Positions 59,224 through 64,000 of a stretch of DNA of 64,000 nucleotides are shown here, one piece after another. This DNA is from a bacterium. Its GTDB lineage: Bacteria; UBA8248. A program made the position numbers and the translations under genes. The notes under the pieces are model-generated. The model saw nothing but the letters and a program-made list of their open reading frames with translations. It was not told the origin of the DNA and did no database searches. The DNA lies in the NCBI GenBank assembly GCA_965202625.1, contig CBDBBI010000010.1:1664001-1728000 (forward strand). The letters are read 5' to 3'. The first letter of the stretch is position 1, and every line of letters starts with the position of its first letter.

Positions 59224-60381
59224 ATGAATCTGCCCTTTGACGAAAACAAGCTCAGCACCCTGATGGAGAACGAGGGTGCGGACGTCGTTCTTGCCTCCTC
59301 AAAGGAAAACGTCCAGTACCTGCTCGGCGGCTACAAATTTTTCTTCTTCGCCCACAAGGACGCCATCGGCGTGAGCCGCTACCTGCCGATGGTGGGACTG
59401 CCGAAGGGTGCCTCCGACAAGGCGTTTTACATCGGCAACGTCATGGAAGGCTGGCAGCAGGAAGTCGAACCCGTATGGGTGCCCGAGAAGAGAAACAACC
59501 AGTGGCGCAGCGATCAGGCGGGCAAGGACGCGGCTGATTTCATCCGCAAGCTCGGCCATGGAAAAGGTACCGTGGCGGTGGAGAAATGCTTCCTTCCGGC
59601 GGATGCCTACGAGGCGCTTCAAGAGGAGCTGCCGGACGCGAAATTCATCGACGCCGTCTATATGCTGGAAGAACTCCGCGCCGTGAAGCGCGCCGGCGAG
59701 CGCGCCCTCCTGAAAGAAGCCTCCGAAGCCATCGTCGAGTGCATGCTCGGCGTCATGGAGAGCACGCCCCCCGGAACCACTACGTATGCAATCGCCGATG
59801 AGATGAAAAAACGCGAAACCCAAAAAGGGCTCGATTTCGAGTATTGCCTCACCTGCACAGGGCCGAGCTACAACCGCGCCCCCTCCAACGCCGCGTGGGA
59901 GGAGGGGAACGTCCTCTCGCTCGACTCCGGCGGGAACAAGCAGGGCTACCTGGGCGACCTTTGCCGCATGGCCGTCATGGGGGTGCCCACGCCGCTGATG
60001 GAGGATTTGCTCGGCGAAATTCAGGCGGTACAGGCGGCCGCGCGCGCGGTGGTGCGCCCGGGCGTCACGGGCCGGGAAATCTACGAAGCCGCCCGCACCG
60101 AGCAGGCCCGATGCGCACACGGCGAGGAGATGGTCTTTCTGGCCCACGGCATGGGCATCATTCAGCACGAAGCCCCGCACCTCACCTCCTCCGGCGTCGT
60201 GCCCTACCCCGCCACCTACGAGGACAAGGGTCTTGCGGCCGGAATGGTGGTGTCTATCGAAACGGACCTGAAAAACCCGGAGGTGGGCTTCGTCAAGCTT
60301 GAGGACACGGTGGCGGTCACCGAGGATGGGGCGGAGGGATACGGCGACGACGGCCGGGGGTGGAACGTCGCAAACGCATAG
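59224..60381 (+). CDS. M24 family Xaa-Pro peptidase-like protein
   Basis: LDSGG..GYLGDLCR, HGMG..HEAP, SIET, KLEDTV. Confidence 0.85.
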   Translation: MNLPFDENKLSTLMENEGADVVLASSKENVQYLLGGYKFFFFAHKDAIGVSRYLPMVGLPKGASDKAFYIGNVMEGWQQEVEPVWVPEKRNNQWRSDQAGKDAADFIRKLGHGKGTVAVEKCFLPADAYEALQEELPDAKFIDAVYMLEELRAVKRAGERALLKEASEAIVECMLGVMESTPPGTTTYAIADEMKKRETQKGLDFEYCLTCTGPSYNRAPSNAAWEEGNVLSLDSGGNKQGYLGDLCRMAVMGVPTPLMEDLLGEIQAVQAAARAVVRPGVTGREIYEAARTEQARCAHGEEMVFLAHGMGIIQHEAPHLTSSGVVPYPATYEDKGLAAGMVVSIETDLKNPEVGFVKLEDTVAVTEDGAEGYGDDGRGWNVANA

Positions 60382-60413
60382 GCCCCGCTTGATAAACGCG
60401 AAGGGACGATCTG

Positions 60414-61589
60414 GTGGATTTTCGCATCAACCCTGAAAACGAAGACCTGCTGGAACGCGCGAAAACCTACGCGAGAGAGATTCTCGCTCCGAGGGCGGAG
60501 AAAATCGATCAGGAAGGGATTTTCCCCCGCGAGAATTTTGACGACCTCGCGCGGGAGGGCTTCACCTCCCTGACGCTCCCCAGGGACCTGGGCGGCCGCG
60601 ACCTGTATGAGGACGCCGCCACCTATTCGATGATCCTCTACGAGCTCTCGAAAGGCTGCACGAACACGGCGATGCTCTTTCACATGCACAGCTCCATCGC
60701 GCACGTCATCACCTATCTGGGAACGGATGCGCAAAAGCACAGATACGGCGCGATCGTCCGGAGCGGGAAAATCATCGCGAGCTACGCGAGCGAGAACGCC
60801 TCGAGCCTTCACGGCGTGTGGCGCATGGAGACGAAGGCGCGGCGCGACGGCGACGTTTACAGGGTCAACGGCAAAAAATATTTTTGCTCCATGGCCGGCG
60901 AGGCGGACTATTACGTGCTCTGGGTGCAGCTGGAAGAGGAGGAGGACCTCACGAAAAGCCTGGGGCTGCTCATCGCCCCCTCAAGCGCGCCCGGCTTCAA
61001 GATCGATCAGGAGTGGAACGCCTTCGCCATGCGCGGAACGATGAGCCACTCGATGATATACGACAACGTGGAAATACCGGTGGAGGACCTCGTGGGCCAG
61101 GGCGGAGACCCGATACGGCCGGACGTTCTGCCCAAGTTCGGCTTCGGCTACTCTGCCGTCTATCTGGGCGCCGGCGGAGGCGCCTTCGATTGGGTGGTCC
61201 ACTACGCGCAGACCAGAAAACTCATGCCCGACAACGCGCCCATTGCCTCCTATCCCGCCATACAGCGCCAGATAGGGGAGATGAAGATAGCCCTCGACGG
61301 CGCGATTCTCATGCTCCAAAGGGCGGGATGGATGATCAACGCCTACGGAGCGGAGCGGGCCTATGGCGCCATCAACGAGGCGAAATACGTTTGCGCGGAA
61401 TCCGCCGCCCTCATCACGGAGAAGGCGCTCAAGGTGGCCGGCGGGCCGGGGCTGTTCCGGCACAATCCGCTCCAGCGCTTTCACCGGGAGGCGAGAGCGG
61501 GCCTCATCATGCCGCCCAACACGGAAAAATGTCTGGAGCTCACCGCCAGGACCGTCCTGGAAGGCAACGCGAACATGCTAGGAGTATAG
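60414..61589 (+). CDS. Acyl-CoA dehydrogenase family protein (flavin monooxygenase-like branch)
   Basis: VNGKKYFCS, WNAFAMRGTMS, SAVYLG, LQRFHREARAG. Confidence 0.85.
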   Translation: MDFRINPENEDLLERAKTYAREILAPRAEKIDQEGIFPRENFDDLAREGFTSLTLPRDLGGRDLYEDAATYSMILYELSKGCTNTAMLFHMHSSIAHVITYLGTDAQKHRYGAIVRSGKIIASYASENASSLHGVWRMETKARRDGDVYRVNGKKYFCSMAGEADYYVLWVQLEEEEDLTKSLGLLIAPSSAPGFKIDQEWNAFAMRGTMSHSMIYDNVEIPVEDLVGQGGDPIRPDVLPKFGFGYSAVYLGAGGGAFDWVVHYAQTRKLMPDNAPIASYPAIQRQIGEMKIALDGAILMLQRAGWMINAYGAERAYGAINEAKYVCAESAALITEKALKVAGGPGLFRHNPLQRFHREARAGLIMPPNTEKCLELTARTVLEGNANMLGV

Positions 61590-61592
61590 CCG

Positions 61593-63158
61593 ATGCGTTC
61601 ACTCCCCCCCTATTTTCGTCCCCCGATCGAATATCCCGACTGCGCCCTGCACGGCTTGCTGAAAATCACATGCGCGCGCCGCCCGGACGCCATCGCCCTG
61701 GTGGACGGGGAGGTCCGCATGAGTTTTCGGGAGCTCGACGCGCTCTCGAACGCATGCGCCCGCGCCATGCGCGCCGAGGGCGTAGCGCCCGGAGATCGCG
61801 TCGCCCTGCTCCTGCCCAACTCGGCCGCGTTCGAGATAGCCGCCTTTGGCGCGTCGAAGGCGGGCGCGGTATTCACGCCGATGAACCCCGCATACAAAGA
61901 AGCCGAAGCACTCCACCAGCTCCATGATTCTGGTGCGAAGCTCCTCATCACCACAGCGGAGGGGGCCGCCCTGGCCCAAGAGGTGAGAAAAGACCTCCCT
62001 ACGCTGAAAGCCGTCGTCTCCACGAACGACGGCCCGGCGGAGCGCCCCCGCTTCGAGGACTGGATAGGCGCGCATTCGGCAGCCGCCGTCCCCGAACCGC
62101 CTATCCATCCCGCACAGGACCTGGTCGCCCTGCCCTATTCAAGCGGCACGACCGGCCTGCCCAAGGGGGTGATGCTCACCCACAGAAATCTGGTGGCGAA
62201 CTACCACCAGTTCGTGGCGAACGATTACGTCACGGACCGGGATTCGGGACTCCTGTTTCTGCCGCTATATCACATCTACGGAGCGCTGATCATGGGCGGG
62301 CTGGTTCTGGCCGGCGCCACCCAGGTGCTGATGAAGCGATTCACGGTGGAGGACGCCCTGCGTCTCGTGCAAGAACACGGGATCACCCTCTTCTACGGCG
62401 TGCCGCCCGCGCTTCTGGCCATCGCCCACCATGAAAAAACGGGCGACTACGACCTCTCCTCCCTGCGATACATCATGAGCGGGGCGGCGCCCCTTCCGCC
62501 CGAGGTGAGGCGCATCGTGCAGGAGAGAACGGGCGTGCCCACCTTCATGGGCTACGGCCTCACCGAAGCCTCGCCGCTCACCCACATCCCCCCTGCCGTC
62601 GCGTCGCTCATTCGGGAGGAGTCGGTGGGTCTCCCCGTCTCCGACGAGGAGCAAAGGATCGTGGACGTGGAGACGGGAGAGAAACAGATGCCCGTGGGCG
62701 AGGCGGGCGAGCTCATCCTCAAGGGACCCCACATCATGAAAGGCTACTGGAACGCGCCCGAAGCGACGGCGGAGGCACTCAAGGACGGCTGGCTCTACAC
62801 GGGCGACGTCGGGCGGCTGGACGAGCAGGGCTATCTCTACCTGATGGACAGAAAAAAAGAGATGATCAAATACAAGGGCTTCGCCGTGGCGCCCGCCGAG
62901 CTCGAAGCGCTTCTCCATGCGCACCCGGACATTGCGGATGCGGCCGTCGTCCCCCGGACGGACCCGGAGGCGGGCGAGATACCGGTGGCCTTCGTGGTTC
63001 CCCGCGAGGGTGCCGAAATCGACGAGGAGGCGCTGATGCGCTTCGTGAACGAAAAAATAGCGGGCTACAAGCACGTTCGCGCGGTGGCCTTCATCGACGC
63101 CATTCCGAAGTCGGCCAGCGGGAAAGTTCTGCGCCGATTGCTGAGAGAGAGCGCCTGA
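61593..63158 (+). CDS. AMP-binding acyl-CoA ligase (4-coumarate/long-chain fatty acid CoA ligase-like)
   Basis: YSSGTTGLPKGV, GYGLTE, WLYTGD, DRKKEMIKYKG, PKSASGKVLRR. Confidence 0.93.
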   Translation: MRSLPPYFRPPIEYPDCALHGLLKITCARRPDAIALVDGEVRMSFRELDALSNACARAMRAEGVAPGDRVALLLPNSAAFEIAAFGASKAGAVFTPMNPAYKEAEALHQLHDSGAKLLITTAEGAALAQEVRKDLPTLKAVVSTNDGPAERPRFEDWIGAHSAAAVPEPPIHPAQDLVALPYSSGTTGLPKGVMLTHRNLVANYHQFVANDYVTDRDSGLLFLPLYHIYGALIMGGLVLAGATQVLMKRFTVEDALRLVQEHGITLFYGVPPALLAIAHHEKTGDYDLSSLRYIMSGAAPLPPEVRRIVQERTGVPTFMGYGLTEASPLTHIPPAVASLIREESVGLPVSDEEQRIVDVETGEKQMPVGEAGELILKGPHIMKGYWNAPEATAEALKDGWLYTGDVGRLDEQGYLYLMDRKKEMIKYKGFAVAPAELEALLHAHPDIADAAVVPRTDPEAGEIPVAFVVPREGAEIDEEALMRFVNEKIAGYKHVRAVAFIDAIPKSASGKVLRRLLRESA

Positions 63159-63205
63159 GCGCCGGAAGAAACGTTTTCCCTCTCCGGAAACGCCAACGAG
63201 AATCC

Positions 63206-64000
63206 ATGGACCTTCGCGTAGATTCTGAAACCGAAAAATTGATCGGGCGCGCCAGAGAGCTCGCCCAGAAAGTTCTGGCGCCTCATGCGGATCGATGCGA
63301 CCAGGAGGAGCGCTTTCCGAGAGAGAGCTTCGACGTCCTCGCCCAGGAGGGATTCACGCGCCTCACCCTGCCCGAATCCCATGGCGGGCGCGCCCTCTGG
63401 CGCAACCCCGTCGGCTACGTCATGGTGTTTCACGAACTCGGCAAGGGGTGCGCGAGCACCGCCATGACGCTGCACATGCACAGCACGGTCCTATACTTCC
63501 TCCTCACGCTCGCCGATGCGGAGCAGAAAAGCCGCTTCGCAGAGGCGGCGAGAGACGGCGCCATCTTCGGCAGCCACGCGGGCGAGGCGAGCTCCAGCCC
63601 CCAGTGGAACCGCACCATAACCACGCGCGCAAAAAAAGAGGGCGACTCGTATCTCCTCAACGGCCGGAAATACTTCTGCTCCATGGCGGGGGAGGCGGAT
63701 TATTACGTGCTCTGGTGTCTGCTCGAGGGAGAGGAGGACCTCGGGGTCGGCCTGCGCTGGGCGGTGGTGGACAGGAACCTCAAGGGCATCGCCATCGCAA
63801 GCCGCTGGAACGCCTTCGCCATGCGGGGCACGGCCAGCCACGCGCTCGTCTATGAGGACGTGAGAGTTCCGGCGCGCAACGTCGTGGGGACGGGCGAGGA
63901 CATCCTCCAGCCCGACTTCGTGCCCCGGTTCGGCCTGGGCTACGCCGCCGTATATCTGGGCGTCGGCGCCGCCGCCCTGGACTGGGTCGCCGACGATGCG
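63206..64000 (+). CDS. Acyl-CoA dehydrogenase family protein, paralog of 60414-61589; runs off window end
   Basis: MDLRVD..., ELGKGCASTAMTLHMHS, LNGRKYFCSMAGEADYYVLW, WNAFAMRGT; absent from ORF track because no stop in window. Confidence 0.88.
   Translation, partial: MDLRVDSETEKLIGRARELAQKVLAPHADRCDQEERFPRESFDVLAQEGFTRLTLPESHGGRALWRNPVGYVMVFHELGKGCASTAMTLHMHSTVLYFLLTLADAEQKSRFAEAARDGAIFGSHAGEASSSPQWNRTITTRAKKEGDSYLLNGRKYFCSMAGEADYYVLWCLLEGEEDLGVGLRWAVVDRNLKGIAIASRWNAFAMRGTASHALVYEDVRVPARNVVGTGEDILQPDFVPRFGLGYAAVYLGVGAAALDWVADDA

Overview
GC-rich bacterial chromosomal window, mostly catabolic and transport genes: many SDRs, acyl-CoA and 3-hydroxyacyl-CoA dehydrogenases, M24 hydrolases, a Liv-type and a Dpp-type ABC system, malQ and two sugar epimerases. 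Accessory modules are interleaved: an Hhe-like DUF4011-helicase-nuclease, an AT-rich SAMHD1-like HD + YwgA/Panacea-like pair, a partner-switching signalling cluster, a type II-like Zorya operon and a tandem array of membrane-anchored pentapeptide-repeat genes. Features the ORF track does not annotate: a tRNA-Sec (selC) at 10549-10645; a capA-family gene with an in-frame TGA inside its NHxxDxG motif followed by a SECIS-like hairpin (candidate new selenoprotein, but also frameshifted); a 135-170 bp dispersed repeat in three copies bracketing the signalling/Zorya and pentapeptide blocks; a 23-bp direct-repeat-flanked AT-rich gene that truncates a third pentapeptide gene; and a decayed HNH relic homologous to the Zorya nuclease. 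All calls come from reading motifs by eye; no searches were run.
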